Origin: Octopus vulgaris
Lineage: Eukaryota
Length of the DNA stretch: 64,000 nt
Reading direction: 5' to 3'
Assembly (NCBI GenBank): GCA_951406725.2
Contig: OX597816.1
Location: forward strand, 113,212,001-113,276,000
Part shown: piece by piece, positions 26,050 through 38,508 of the stretch
How the letters are laid out: each line of letters opens with the position of its first letter
Numbering within the stretch: position 1 is the first letter of the stretch
The notes under the pieces: model-generated
The model's input: only the letters and a program-made list of their open reading frames with translations
Databases searched by the model: none
Told to the model about the DNA's origin: nothing
Translations under genes and position numbers: made by a program

Positions 26050-27985
26050 ATGGACTGTAATTACCTAATGAAAGCTTACATACAATGGCTGGCTGTAGAC
26101 AACAAAAGAAGTTTGTTTTACAAACTTTTAAAATCTATTATGCTCATTACATTTTCACTTCCCAAATAACTGCCAAATATATGTCCTGTTACTTAACATT
26201 GCAATGGAAAAAAAGACTCAAAAATGCAATTGAATGTCCAAGGAGAAGGAAATGTTCATTTCAGTGAAGAATTGATATAAATAAGAATATCCTAAACACC
26301 TAAACAAGTTGTTTTGAAAATAGTTGTTGTAATAATAACAACAGCAGTGGTGACTCTTGGATATAGAGTTACACACTATAAACTGTTCATATAGTATTGT
26401 GTCGAAGAGAAGCTCCCTTAATATAAACTGGACCTATCACAGTTCCAAAACAAAAAACAATAAGTTAGGAGAAATTTTTATGATTGAACAGCATTTCTTT
26501 GTTATAGAAACATCCAGGAGAGAGCAAAGAAAAAATATACCTCCACTTCCAAAAGGATGGATGTAGAACAAGTCTAGCTTCATGATAAGAAGTGCAACAA
26601 GTACTTCAAGACATCTCAGAAGAAATACTTTCAACTAAAAATGGCAAAAATTATAGAACTACCACCTATTGTACCTTCAAGATTGATACTTGGCCAAAGC
26701 ACAGGCTGATATCATCAAACATAACTCCATTCATACATTTGTGATTCAGTAAGTGGGACAAAATATGCAAGAATACTGATAAAAGACTTCAGAAATGGCA
26801 GATTCATCGTTAGTCATCACTTTTGGGTCATACCATAGGTAAATAAAGGAGGGGTAGCATCAAAGTAGATTTGCAAGTTCAAATGATTCCTGAAGGTTGT
26901 AAAGCCATGTTGGAACTGTGCCAGCAGAAGGAGCCAAGAAAAGGGCCCGAGATTGATGATACAGGGCAAAAAGCTTAGTTACTATATTTCTCATAATAAG
27001 AATCACTATATAGGTGATTGCCCTAGAGAACTAGAAGGACTAAATAAAAAATATAAGTGTAGAAATGAGAATAATGAAGATCAAATGAGTGAAACAGCAA
27101 AATAAGTAGATAATTATATAAACCTCTAGGTTCCAGAACACCATTAACCAAAACTCTAGGTATAGCAAGAGAAATATCTTTACTTCCAATATTGGAAGTA
27201 GGTGAGAAAACACTTTGCTCTTATAACAGTGTCAAGTAGCACACTTAATCATTGTGCAATGAGGAAGAAGTAATTGTTACAGATGAAAACCTACACACTT
27301 TCATGAAAACCACCAAAGCAAAAAAGAATCTCACAAAAAGAAAACTCAAAACAACAAACACATGTGATAGGGGTAAGATTTATTCAAAACAACAATGATA
27401 CTCCTCCTCAGAAAAATAGCAAAGTATAATTAACAATCACTGTCCATTGAAAATTAAATAAACAGTAGACAAAATTATACATCTTTGTGACCATAGTCTT
27501 TCTTAAGAAGTTAGATCACAAAAACAGTTACGTTAAGAATTAAAGCAACGTGCAAAAGATAGATTATTAGTAAAAATAAAACTGAGCCATCACAGTGAGC
27601 ATAATCTTAAGAAGAAGTTTTGCAACATGAAACATACCCCACCCCCAACACTTTCTAATACATTCATAATCATTTTGAGAATTGGTTAATGAGTAGGATT
27701 GTGGAGTATCCAAAGCCAACTTTCTTGTTTTATTTCCTTTAAATATTGCGGGCTTTATCATACTTTTATTATTCATTACTTTGCAAATCTATGTACTTTA
27801 AAAATCTTAGTAATGTCCATTCATCTATTGTATTATGTCTCCTCTCCTCCACTTAATATTTTAAAGCTTGCTTTTACACCTGACTTTACTTTGTAACCCT
27901 TTGAGAAAGTTTCATATTTTTGTATTTCTTTAAGTTTTTGTGGTTAATAAAGAATTATCATTATTATCATCATCATCATCATCAG
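26050..27985 (+). mobile_element. Decayed retroelement relic with ORF1/gag-like zinc knuckle and AATAAA plus (ATT/ATC)n tail
   Basis: Strongly A-rich sense strand. 26980-27021 reads Y-YI-S-HNKN-H-YIGD-C, exact CX2CX4HX4C spacing with two single-base Cys losses (TAC, TCT). AATAAA at 27946 is followed by a simple-repeat tail. Confidence 0.55.
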
Positions 27986-29329
27986 TAGTAGTAGTAATAG
28001 TAGTAGTAGTGCAAAGAAATTGAAACATTGTAATAGATAGTATTTCTTATAAGATGATGGAATAAGTTCATCTACTATTAGAATGCTTACATTTCATTTA
28101 TAAAAAGTATATTTTTAATTCTTTTCCATTTTTCTATTTTAAAGTTTATATACTTTTCATAATCTATACTTAAGTGATTCATTTAAAATATTTATTTAAA
28201 TGGTATTTTATTTTTTTTTGTTACATTGAAGAAAACATTTGATTTTTAGATGATAACTTAATGAACCCATTGATCTTCAAAATTAATTCAAACTGATTTT
28301 AGTGTATTATTTTTTCCTTAAGTAATATTTGACATTGTTGCCTGTGTCTACTTAACAAGACAAAAATATAATAATTCTATTTCATTTATAAAGAACTTAG
28401 AACCATCTATATATACAAATTACCAACTCTAAAAATCCAATGACACATGATAGATCTATATCTGTTGTTCAATCCAAACTTTGCTGTCCACTACTTCTAT
28501 TTCGTTCGAACTTGTTCACTAATTCAATAATTTTAAAATATTATCAAAGACTAAACTTATAAAAATTATCTTGTATATATATACTCTTTTCAACCTTTGC
28601 TTGATCTTTAGAGTAAATATATATATATATATATATATATGCAATCTCCCTTCAGAACAAACTTTCCATTGTAATTTAGAAGATGTATAGAGTGTTTTGG
28701 GAACAGGCATGGATTTTGTGTTGACATTTGGGAAATTATTTTTAAAGGCCAACCTCACATTTTATATGCTACTTTTTAAAAGAAAAAAAAAGTTTACCAA
28801 ATGCTAGGCAACAAAGATCAGACTCGGACATTTTATCACTTGTTCCAATTAGTCTACTTTACTTGGAATGAAAATGATACGCATGTAGCTACACATATCA
28901 CTATTCACCGTGTATCAGGGGATAAAATATACTTAGTTTATTTTTCACATTAACTCAGAAATTGCCTTTCTCTCTTCTCTCTCTCTCTCTCTCTCTCTCA
29001 CCCTCTCCATATATATGTGTGCATGTATGGAACAGCAAATGGATGTTTTCTGGCACCTCTGTTAATTCTCTTCTCTACTATCCCCTCACAACAATAAATC
29101 TGTTCTCCTAATATATTGCAACTTCTCTCAACATCAACCTTTCACAGCAATCAATTCACATCACCCAGCAACTTTCATCATACCTCACTTTAAGTCATTA
29201 TTCACTTTCCCATTCTCTCCTTTGCCCTGTGTGTTACAAAGTGACCTTAGTTGAGCTGACAAAAATATCACCCTGTACATTCCATAAAGGGTTGGGTAAT
29301 GGGGAAATCAAGCAGTGACAATGTAGGGT

Positions 29330-29545
29330 TTGACCTAACTTTTTAGTCTTGCTGAGGAAAAGAGAACCCCTGTAGTGTTGGCACCACAAAAAATATGCTC
29401 TGTACACTTTGCAAAGTGGTTGATATTCAGATGGGCATCCAGCCATAGAAATCAAGCCTAAATTAAGATACTAAAGTAACACATTGTTATCCAACATGTT
29501 GGATCCTGTTAAACCATCCAATCTATGCCAGTATGGAAAGCAAGC
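29330..29545 (+). mobile_element. Family C 3' tail, diverged
   Basis: GTGGTTGATATTCAGATGGGCATCCAGCCATAGAAA...AAACCATCCAATCTATGCCAGTATGGAAA. Confidence 0.75.
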
Positions 29546-30104
29546 GTAAAATAGTAGTGGTGGTAGCAGTGTGCTTATATGCATGTTTCTTGTGTTCATG
29601 CATGTGCTTATATTTGACATATGACACCAGTTAAGATCAGTATTGAGTGAAAAAGATAATTTTGTCAATCATTAAGATATAGAATGATAAAATAAGTACT
29701 TGAGTCACTGCAATCAATGACAAAAACAAAAATACTAAAGGTGGTGCCCCATTATGGCCACAGCCCAGTGACTGAAACCAATACAAATAAAAGAATATAT
29801 TAAAAATTTAAAACAGAAAAAATAAATGTTCCAGTTAGAGAAGCTAGAACCACATAGCTGTCACTAGCCATTACACTATAGAGCACCTGCCATTCACTTA
29901 TCTCAAATTATATGCTATAAATGTTTAATTCATTGTCCATTTATCACCTGGTTAGCAAGAAAGGGATATGTGGATCAAATTTTACAGATACATTCTTGTT
30001 GTTCTCTCAAAATCATTGCTACAAAAATTTAACTATTACTTGTGAGTGTATACTTACATACACACACACACACACACATACACAAACATACACATAATTT
30101 GATG

Positions 30105-30323
30105 GGGAATGTTGGCTGTCAAAGCTGACAAAGCTATAAACAATAGCATGTGAATATTGAGTTTTAAAAAACCCTTGAATAGAAAAGTCAAAGGCTGCCC
30201 TTGGGACTCAAACCCATATTTCCTATAAACCTGACAGGTGTTTTCTATGCAAGGGATTTTTTTTAACCCAATATTTACATGCTATTGTTTATAGCTTCAT
30301 GCGCTACAAAATCCAACATTCCC
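30105..30323. mobile_element. Palindromic (foldback or MITE-like) element with about 82-bp arms and a tRNA-like loop
   Basis: Arms 30105-30186 and 30241-30323 are reverse complementary (GGGAATGTTGG; AAGCTATAAACAATAGCATGT; CCCTTGxATAGAAAA). The 54-nt loop on minus contains GGGTTTGAGTCCC. Confidence 0.8.
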
Positions 30324-30993
30324 AAAAAAACGATTATTTCACATTCTCTTGAAGTTTATAAATTCTTATGACATCAATGTGTGTGTGTGTGTGTGTGTGC
30401 ATGTGTGCGTGCATGTGTCATATATATATGACATTATTCATTCAAAGCTGAGCCAACACAATTTGCTGTTGAGTTTATCATTCATGATCATCAGGTCCCT
30501 GAAAAATGGAAATGAGAAATTATAAACAGTTCTCATGTAATCAACTTTGAATGAATGTTATTCCATTCTACCAAACAGTATTGAATGCTTCTTTTTCACT
30601 AACTTAGAATTCACCCAGTGTGGAGTGACGATACATTGTGTGAATTTGCATGTAAATGTGTGTGTGTGTGTGTATTTGTGTGTGTGTGTGCTTGCAAGCC
30701 TGTGTATGTATGTATGTATGTATGTATGTATCTGTGTGTGTGCATATGTTCATTTGTGTGTTTTCATAAAGCATCTATTCCCAAACATTTTGCTTAATTA
30801 ATTATAAAGATTCAATATTTCTGCATGGAGTCAAAATAGATTTGTACAAACTTTTGTATCTGGAAGAAACCTAAATATTATATTTCTTCAATTTGTTATG
30901 TTTCTTCAGTAACCCTTTATAAAATAAAAATATCCATTTTTTTAAACTTATTCCTTCATTGCACTTAGATTTATTTGATGGCTATTAAATTCT

Positions 30994-31320
30994 CATCATC
31001 ATCGTTTAACATCCGTTTTCTATGCTGGCATGGGTTGGACGGTTTGACTGAGGTCTGGAGAGCCAGCAGCTGCACCAGGCTCCAATCTGATCTGGCAATG
31101 TTTCTACAGCTGGATGCCCTTCTTGACGTCAACCACTCCGAGAGTATAGTGGGTGCTTTTTGCATGCTACTGGCACAGGGGCCAATCAGGCGGTACTGGC
31201 ATCGGCTACGTTCAGATGGTGCTTTTTATGTGCCACCGCCATGGGACCAGTCAAGTGGTCCTGGTGTTGATCACATTTGGATAGTGCTTTTTACGTGCCA
31301 CCAGCACGGGTTACATGCCA
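30994..31320 (-). mobile_element. Family C RTE-type 3' element, relatively young
   Basis: CpGs retained; three repeats of GTGCTTTT-xxxTG-CxAC-GC in the 3' UTR-like part. Confidence 0.9.
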
Positions 31321-33569
31321 CCATTCTATAAAATAAAATTCTATCCTTACGTTATATTTGTTTTCAATTAAAGTCTCTTGATAGTTATTTTTTCACATAC
31401 ACCAAAGGAATTCAATCAATATTTAACTCAAAGTTTGAAACAAATCTACCAGTACTGTTGTTGTTTTGTTTTTTTTGTTTTGTTTTTAGGGGATTTCTTG
31501 CCATTGAGGACTCAGTTCTTTTCATTTTATTGTTCTTTTCTTTTATGTCTAGCTTACAAAATCAATTCATCCACTGAAATTTAAATAACTTCATCTACAT
31601 TTTATACAAACCAGATTAATTTATTTTTGTTATTCCTGAAAGAACAATGATGAAAACAGTTTCATCATCTCACAAACAATATATTTTGTTTAGTTTTATT
31701 TTTCTTCAAACTCTAAACATACTTTTGTTTCCTTTTTATTCCTTCATATTTAAGCGTGTTCCTCATGGGGTGACATTTTTTTTCTAGTTTGCATTAGAAA
31801 CCTATTTTTTTTATACATAGTTTATTAAAATTAGCTTCTATTTCTTGAATAGTTTCATGGATTTCTTTCTCTTCATTTCATTAAGATCTATTGGATCGTA
31901 AAGTGTCCTAACTGATTCTCATCATAGCAGACATCCAGCCTTATCCCATGAATTCTTGAAGATAAACTGCTCTTTCACAACTTTTAATATGTAAAAGTTA
32001 TTCACCTCCAGAAGTATATTATCAGTTTTATATTATTACTTGTATCTGGTTATAGAAAACAAAATTACAAATGTAATTGTGGTGCATTAATTATTCTGAT
32101 TCTCCTTTAAATCTCTCATACGATGAGGATCAAAAGACTAAAACAATCTGTATCAGATTTAAAAGTAAGTTCATTAACAAGATGATTTATTTCTATCTTA
32201 CACTAGAAATGTTGGATTTTAAAATCTTCATCTAAAACAGCTTGACTGTGGACTGAAATTCTTTTAAATGTTGCGATGTCACGAAGAATTGTACTCATAT
32301 TTTCAAGCATTTCACTGAAAGTTACAAAGCAACTTATTCACAGAAGGCTCTTTTCAAGATCCAATAGTTTTTAAATTTTAACCTATCTTTATTTCTGCCA
32401 TTCCTAAATCAGATTTTTTTCTAATAAAATGTAATATTATAAAATCTATTGATAAATTTAATATTATTTTCATGAAGTTACACATATTTAATGTATGGTA
32501 TTTGACTAGCTACTTTTGAATTCACTGGAAATCATTACAAAACAGAGAATTACATGAAACAAAACAAAACAAAAAAAAAGGTATTCCTTGTTGAAAAATC
32601 AACTCATTAAGCTAGCTAAACTCAAATAGCCATCTCAGTTGTAAAGTTTCGGAGGATCTGGAAAAACTTCATTGCCTATCCTCCACATACTTCTATATAC
32701 ACAAAAACACTTTCAGTATCATTGAATGAGGCAGTGATGTAAGGATGTTATCATATGGTAATCATAAGAAAGAGGAACATAACTTGTAGATAGGTAGGTT
32801 GATGGTTGGAAGGAAAGAGGAGAAAGGGGAGAAAGAGAGAAAAAGGGTTTGTTTATTTTTGGCATTTTATTTTTATTTTCCTTCATTATCTTTTAAACTT
32901 AACTAAACACATAATTACAGTCTGACATAATTAAACAGTTTTTGTATAATAGCTATAAACGTAACTCCTTGAAAACTCAAAGCAATTATAAAAACGATGT
33001 AAATGATGACTAAAATGTTAGGGATGTCTTGTCTCAATCTTTCATTTAGGAACAAGGCAAAATATTTAGACATTTCTGTAGCAACTTAATATTGAGCAAA
33101 AACAAATATAAATGAAATGGCATTTCTTTCAACTGTATAAGAAAGAATATAAATAACAAATATAAAGCATATAAAACAATGTATAGAATATAAATTAAAA
33201 AGAAAATAAACAATAAAATAGCATTTATTGTTTTTCTTTAAATGCTAACTGTTTGTATAACTTGAAGATATGGTTAGCACATAGCTGGAATTACTATTCT
33301 TGAATTCTTAGGTTTTATTTTGTTTTTTGTTTTAGATAGGAGGAAAAGGAAGGGAATGAGATATGTTTTGACCTACCAAAATAGACAAGAACATTCTGTT
33401 CCTAAATTCTTCTGTATCAGTTCCCTAAGTAGGTTAGTCAACTCTTTATGTTAGACTACTGCAACAGCTTGACACTGTTTAGCCTTATACATGTGTTTTA
33501 ACAAAAGTTTATTTCATAGTTTTAGAATTCCTTTTATATATGTATATACACACACACACACACATATAT

Positions 33570-33830
33570 ACTCTTGTTTCAGTCATTTGATTGTGGCCTT
33601 GTGAGTGGATTTGGTAGTTGGAAACTGAAAGAAGCCTGTTGCATGTATATGTATGTATGTATGTATTTGTGTGTCTGTGTCTACATCCCTGTAACTTAGC
33701 AGTTCGTTAAAAAGATATTGATAGAATAAGTAGTAAGCTTACAAAGAATGAGTTCTGGGGTCAATTTGTTTGACTAAAGGTGGTGCTCCAGCATGGCTGC
33801 AGTCAAATGACTGAAACAAATATAAGAATA
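33570..33830 (+). mobile_element. Family A SINE 3' part with an inverted copy of its own tail fused at the 5' side
   Basis: 33574-33598 is the reverse complement (22/25) of 33795-33819. The body from 33596 matches 63370-63670. Confidence 0.88.
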
Positions 33831-33919
33831 TATATAATTTATTGAAGCTGAAAAAAAAAATGTTAAGTTTTTCTAGTATTATTTTTTCCATTATTTCTTT
33901 TAGTACTATTTTAGATATA

Positions 33920-34126
33920 TATAGATAGATAGATAGATACAGATAGATAGATAGATAGATAGATAGAGACAGATAGATAGATAGAGACAGTCAGATAGAT
34001 AGAGACAGACAGATAGATAGATAGAGACAGACAGACAGATAGATAGATAGATAGAGACAGACAGATAGATAGATAGAGACAGACAGACATATAGACAGAC
34101 AGATAGATAGACAGACAGACTGACAG
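33920..34126. repeat. Compound (GATA)n/(GACA)n microsatellite
   Basis: Direct inspection. Confidence 0.98.
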
Positions 34127-35029
34127 GTATTCAATATTTCTTAAAGTTCTTTGAATTTCCCTTTTAAATGTTTTTGTTAAGTGTTAAAGAGAACGTCACA
34201 TACAGATGAAATCAAACTAAAATTAATAAGTCATGTTTTTGTATTTTGAAAAATGTTCGATATGATGATTAGGTTAGTAGAATGATATATAAGAAAATAT
34301 CAACATGCAGCTTTAAAAGACACTTTTATCATTTCTAGAAATACAATTATGATCCCTTTTCTTCTTTTATTAAATGATATTATTTTAACTAGGGCAATTA
34401 TTTATCTATTTTCATGTTTTGTTATAAATGAAAATGTTTTTGTTTTGTTTTTTATTTTGTACCTAGACTTACTGAATGTTCTTGAAATGAGCCATTATTC
34501 AAATTTACGTTCTTTTATACATAATTGGTTTTTCTATTTACCATTTATTACAGAATGGATTTTTTACAATAGCTTTATTTTTATAACATTCTATAGCTTA
34601 TTTTTATAACATTGTATATATACAAGGCTTACTGTGCCAAATGTTTCCAAATTAAGTTTTGCATGTATATTTATTTTATTGTATCCTTTTTCAGAAAAAA
34701 ATGGCAAGAACATTTCTTACATTTAGAATACAAACCAAGGAATTTATAAAGTTTAGAAAATAATACAGAAAAATAGAATTGTCAAATTACAGATGGCAAA
34801 AATAATTTTAAAATCTTTGGAAATTTAGTCCAAAGAATTTCAATATATTTGATATCTATGCTGTGGAAGCATTCTAAATAGAGTACCAATATTTTAGTAC
34901 ATCAGCTTAAAATGCTAAACATGGCATTAATGGAAAAATTGAATTTCCTTTCTGTAAAAGATTTCACATACTTTGTTAATTTGACAAAAGTTTACAATGA
35001 TAAAATAAATAAACGCCGGGCCATGATCT

Positions 35030-35068
35030 TGGCTGATATTAACTGCTTCTTTCTCCTTTTCTCTCCAG
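35030..35068 (+). promoter_or_regulatory. 3' splice site: branch-point candidate, polypyrimidine tract, CAG
   Basis: GCTGATATTAAC followed by TGCTTCTTTCTCCTTTTCTCTCCAG. Confidence 0.8.
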
Positions 35069-35353
35069 CTGCAACTCCTCGGCTTGGAGTGGTCCAAAGT
35101 TCCAAAACGAAGATAACGAAAGCACCTCTCCTCACCTCTCCACCTGTGTCATCTCCAACACCGCCTCCCTTGCCTCCCAAGAACTATTTATACAATGAGC
35201 TTGGCATTCCAAAACACTACAGCAGTGACTCTGCTCTTGGCTCACCAGATGTCAGCAGTGTCAGTGTTTCTGTGACTACGGATGATATTGATGAATTGCC
35301 CGAGCTAGATCGGGAAGGACCAATGTCTGAAATAACTGAAGAAGCAGGAAATG
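35069..35353 (+). CDS. Internal coding exon (285 nt, phase 1-1) of an unidentified gene; Pro/Ser-rich then acidic, probably disordered, with PPPLPPK
   Basis: Strong acceptor (ctctccag|CT) and donor (ATG|gttagt). Open frame ATPRLGVVQSSKTKITKAPLLTSPPVSSPTPPPLPPKNYLYNELGIPKHYSSDSALGSPDVSSVSVSVTTDDIDELPELDREGPMSEITEEAGN. GC and CpG content are above background and it resembles no repeat in the window. The first 52 residues of ORF 34912 are intron read-through. Confidence 0.88.
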
Positions 35354-35894
35354 GTTAGTTAATGATAATTCTACAAAAGCAATAAAACAAGAATTTCTTT
35401 AATGTTATAGATATAGTTTTAACATTTTTATCTCCATCTTGGGTTCTATATATAACCTTAACTATTTAACTTTAGTGAGTCATAGGCATCTAATTTGCTT
35501 TGGATACTTGCAGCATATGTTTGTGCCTTCAAAAAATATTTACTAGCACCCTTAAAACTTCCTTTTTATTTCATAAATATTAGCATATATAAGACTAATT
35601 ATTTCCTAGAAGCTTACAGCAAAACTTTTCCTCATGCTTTACAATATTTTTATTTCTTTACATATCTTTCTAACATTTTTGCTTCCTTAACATTTTTACA
35701 AGAGAAAAGCATATATTTCTATTATAAAATGAACACTACAATATTTTAAAGTTATAACAACCAGTGATATCTTAGTGGTTAAACAACATGTATATTTAGA
35801 TATATTATGACACTGACACATACATACACACCCACCCACACATATATATATATACATATATATATACACACACACACGCATATATATATATCTG

Positions 35895-36095
35895 CTGTTG
35901 TTGTTTAGCCCCTGGTCAACCCTGATCAAATGAACCTATGAAATAAGGCACTCAAGTAATCACCCTCCCATCTTTTTAAGGGTATCTAATATTATATTAT
36001 CCATTGCTTCTTTCACTTATTTATGAGTGTAAGATGTTATTTGCTGGAGATTTGGCTACTGCTTCTAGCAGTTGGAGCACTACCTCAAATAGAGT
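35895..36095 (-). mobile_element. Family D repeat
   Basis: GTTGTTGTTTAGCCCCTGGTCAACCCTGATC...GGAGATTTGGCTACTGCTTCTAGCAG. Confidence 0.8.
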
Positions 36096-37334
36096 AGTTT
36101 GTTATGGTGCGTTATATATGTCCTGTACTGAGACTAAAATAATAAACACAGAACAATATTTAACAGATAATGCTGACCAATTTCTATCTTAGGTAGGAGA
36201 TTATCTGGATAATTTACCTTCTAAGACACACATCTATAATCTTTTAACTCCCTCCATTAACAGTCAGTATTCAGTTGAATAGAATTTAATGTCTCTAAAG
36301 CTTAGCTACTAATTATCTGATACATCCATGCAAAAGAACTTTTCTTTTTTTTTTAGCTGTAGAAAAGGAGTAGGAATTTTAATCAATAAGAATCTCATAA
36401 AAAGGTGCGTTTTATTTAGTTTCCAATTAAAAGAACTTTGGTTGATCTATTCTTAACATTGGCTCCAGGAAAAGTAATTCTGTCTGATTTTGATTGATCA
36501 CCTGAAATTGGTTGAAGTTTCTAATTTAGTGAATAGCAAGTGTAAATGCAACGCCATTAGTTTGAGAAAATCTGTAAGATTTTGCTGTGAGTTGACTCAC
36601 TTAATACCTTATAATCCTGACCAGAACAAAGCAGTTTTAGGAATAATGAAATATAATCCATGATTAACACAGTATGATAATTCTAACAAGAATGTTCAGC
36701 TGGTATTTTCTAAATATGGAAAGTGTCCACATTGTCAACCATCATCCAAATGCTATTCCACTATCTATGTCTTTTTTCCCTCTTTATTTCTCTTAAATAT
36801 CCTTAATATATACCAAATCTATTTGGCAATTAACTAACTATAGTTGAAAGATTATTGAAATTAGAGAATTTACATGCTTTTCTTTCCAATCTTTATTTAA
36901 TATTTTCTATTTATTTACATATATTTGCTTTTTAAAACTTTTTTTCTCTTTGCAATTAATGAATGTGTGTGTACATGCATATGCACATAAAACAATCTTA
37001 TTGATATAAATCAGTGGTTTTTTAGATGTGAAACAAAATTATTGAGACCAAGTAATGAGGGTTAATTCCGATTTCAATAATATAGAAACTTGGAGGAAAA
37101 TTATTTTTCCACATTTCTGTGGAGACTTAAAACGCCTGGATTTCAGAGGTACTTAACTAATGTAAACTTATAGTAGGCAGGTTGTGGCTAAATTTTCAAG
37201 ATCTAATTTTTATATATCCATGCTCACACACATCTATGCAGTTTAAAACTACTTGTTCTCAGATTGTAATGCCCACTCTGATAAGTATGTATCTATTATT
37301 CTGAATCTGTTTATATACATGCGTGTGCACATGT

Positions 37335-37382
37335 GTATACACACACATGTATGTGTGTATGTATATATATATACATACTTAT

Positions 37383-37442
<60 letters not shown>

Positions 37443-37561
37443 GTATATATATATATATATGTATATGTATATATATGTATGTATGTATATATATGTATGT
37501 ATGTATGTATATATATATGTATGTATATGTATATATATGTATGTATGTATATGTATGTATG

Positions 37562-37594
<33 letters not shown>

Positions 37595-37625
37595 ATATAT
37601 GTATGTATGTATATATATATGTATG

Positions 37626-37670
<45 letters not shown>
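37335..37670. repeat. Long compound (TA)n/(TATG)n microsatellite
   Basis: Direct inspection; explains the four YI/MYVC-rich ORFs here. Confidence 0.98.
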
Positions 37671-37672
<2 letters not shown>

Positions 37673-38508
37673 TAGATGAGATTATAAATGAAATAAACTA
37701 AGATTAATGTTCTGATAATTATAAGACATTGCTGAGAATTAACTTTACAGAATTATCAAATTTAATCAGCTTGTAAAGCTGATTAAATCTTCAACAGAAT
37801 GTTGTGATTGACCATCAAGATTTCTAGGAATATCTATAATGGATCCAAATCTGCAGCTTATGTGAAACTAAAAATTTCCCCGTGTCTATCATGTGTGTCT
37901 GTTTGTGTCGGCATTCATCCAAAACATGTTGAGAAAGTTCCAACTAGTAGATCAACAGCTGGAGATTCACTAATGAAATTTCATCGGAAATATGGTTTTT
38001 ACAGGAAGTCTTCAGTTGTAAACATATGCTATACATCACCTGTAAAGAGATACTTTATGTGCAAGTCCATGTTTATGTGTAATATACATACATGTGTGTG
38101 TAAGTGTTTGTTTATCATGAAGTTAATTGAACAGTAAAAAGAATTTACATTTAAGCAAATCACAAAATGTGTGGACATAACAAGATTATAAGTAGAAGAA
38201 CAGTAACTGTGTCCCACTAAGTTCTTATATAATCTTTTATGTCCATACTAAACTATAAAAGCAACTGTAACAGGCAAATTTGTAAATAGGTTCAAAAGCA
38301 TAAACCTTGTATGTACATGTGAGAAAGAAAGAAAACCGAAGAGATAAAAACATTATTATTATCAAGTTTTATTTCAATAAACGTTTTAACCACAAAATTG
38401 CTTAATAAGAGACAAAACTTAAGTATATGATATAATATTTTGGACTTTAAATATCACCTGTACAGATGAAATATTTGTTCACACCAGCATTACATGTTCT
38501 GGGAAAAA

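Noticed and set aside
29857-29890. GCTGTCACTAGCC...TAGAGCACCTG resembling the missing 5' tRNA half of the 30.1-kb element
   Set aside because: Opposite strand, short, and lacks the D-loop GG; cannot be distinguished from chance.
32123-32170. ATG...MRIKRLKQSVSDLK|gtaagt as an upstream exon
   Set aside because: Perfect donor, but phase 0 does not fit the phase-1 acceptor at 35069. The compatible frame has a stop at 32074 and no acceptor after it.
37253-37701. Four overlapping ORFs of 118-140 aa
   Set aside because: Stop-free only because they run through a (TA)/(TATG) microsatellite; the same holds for other YI/HT/CV-rich ORFs.
37808-38137. 109-aa ORF in non-repetitive-looking sequence
   Set aside because: No recognisable domain, TTG start and no convincing splice pair on either strand; a non-coding exon cannot be excluded.
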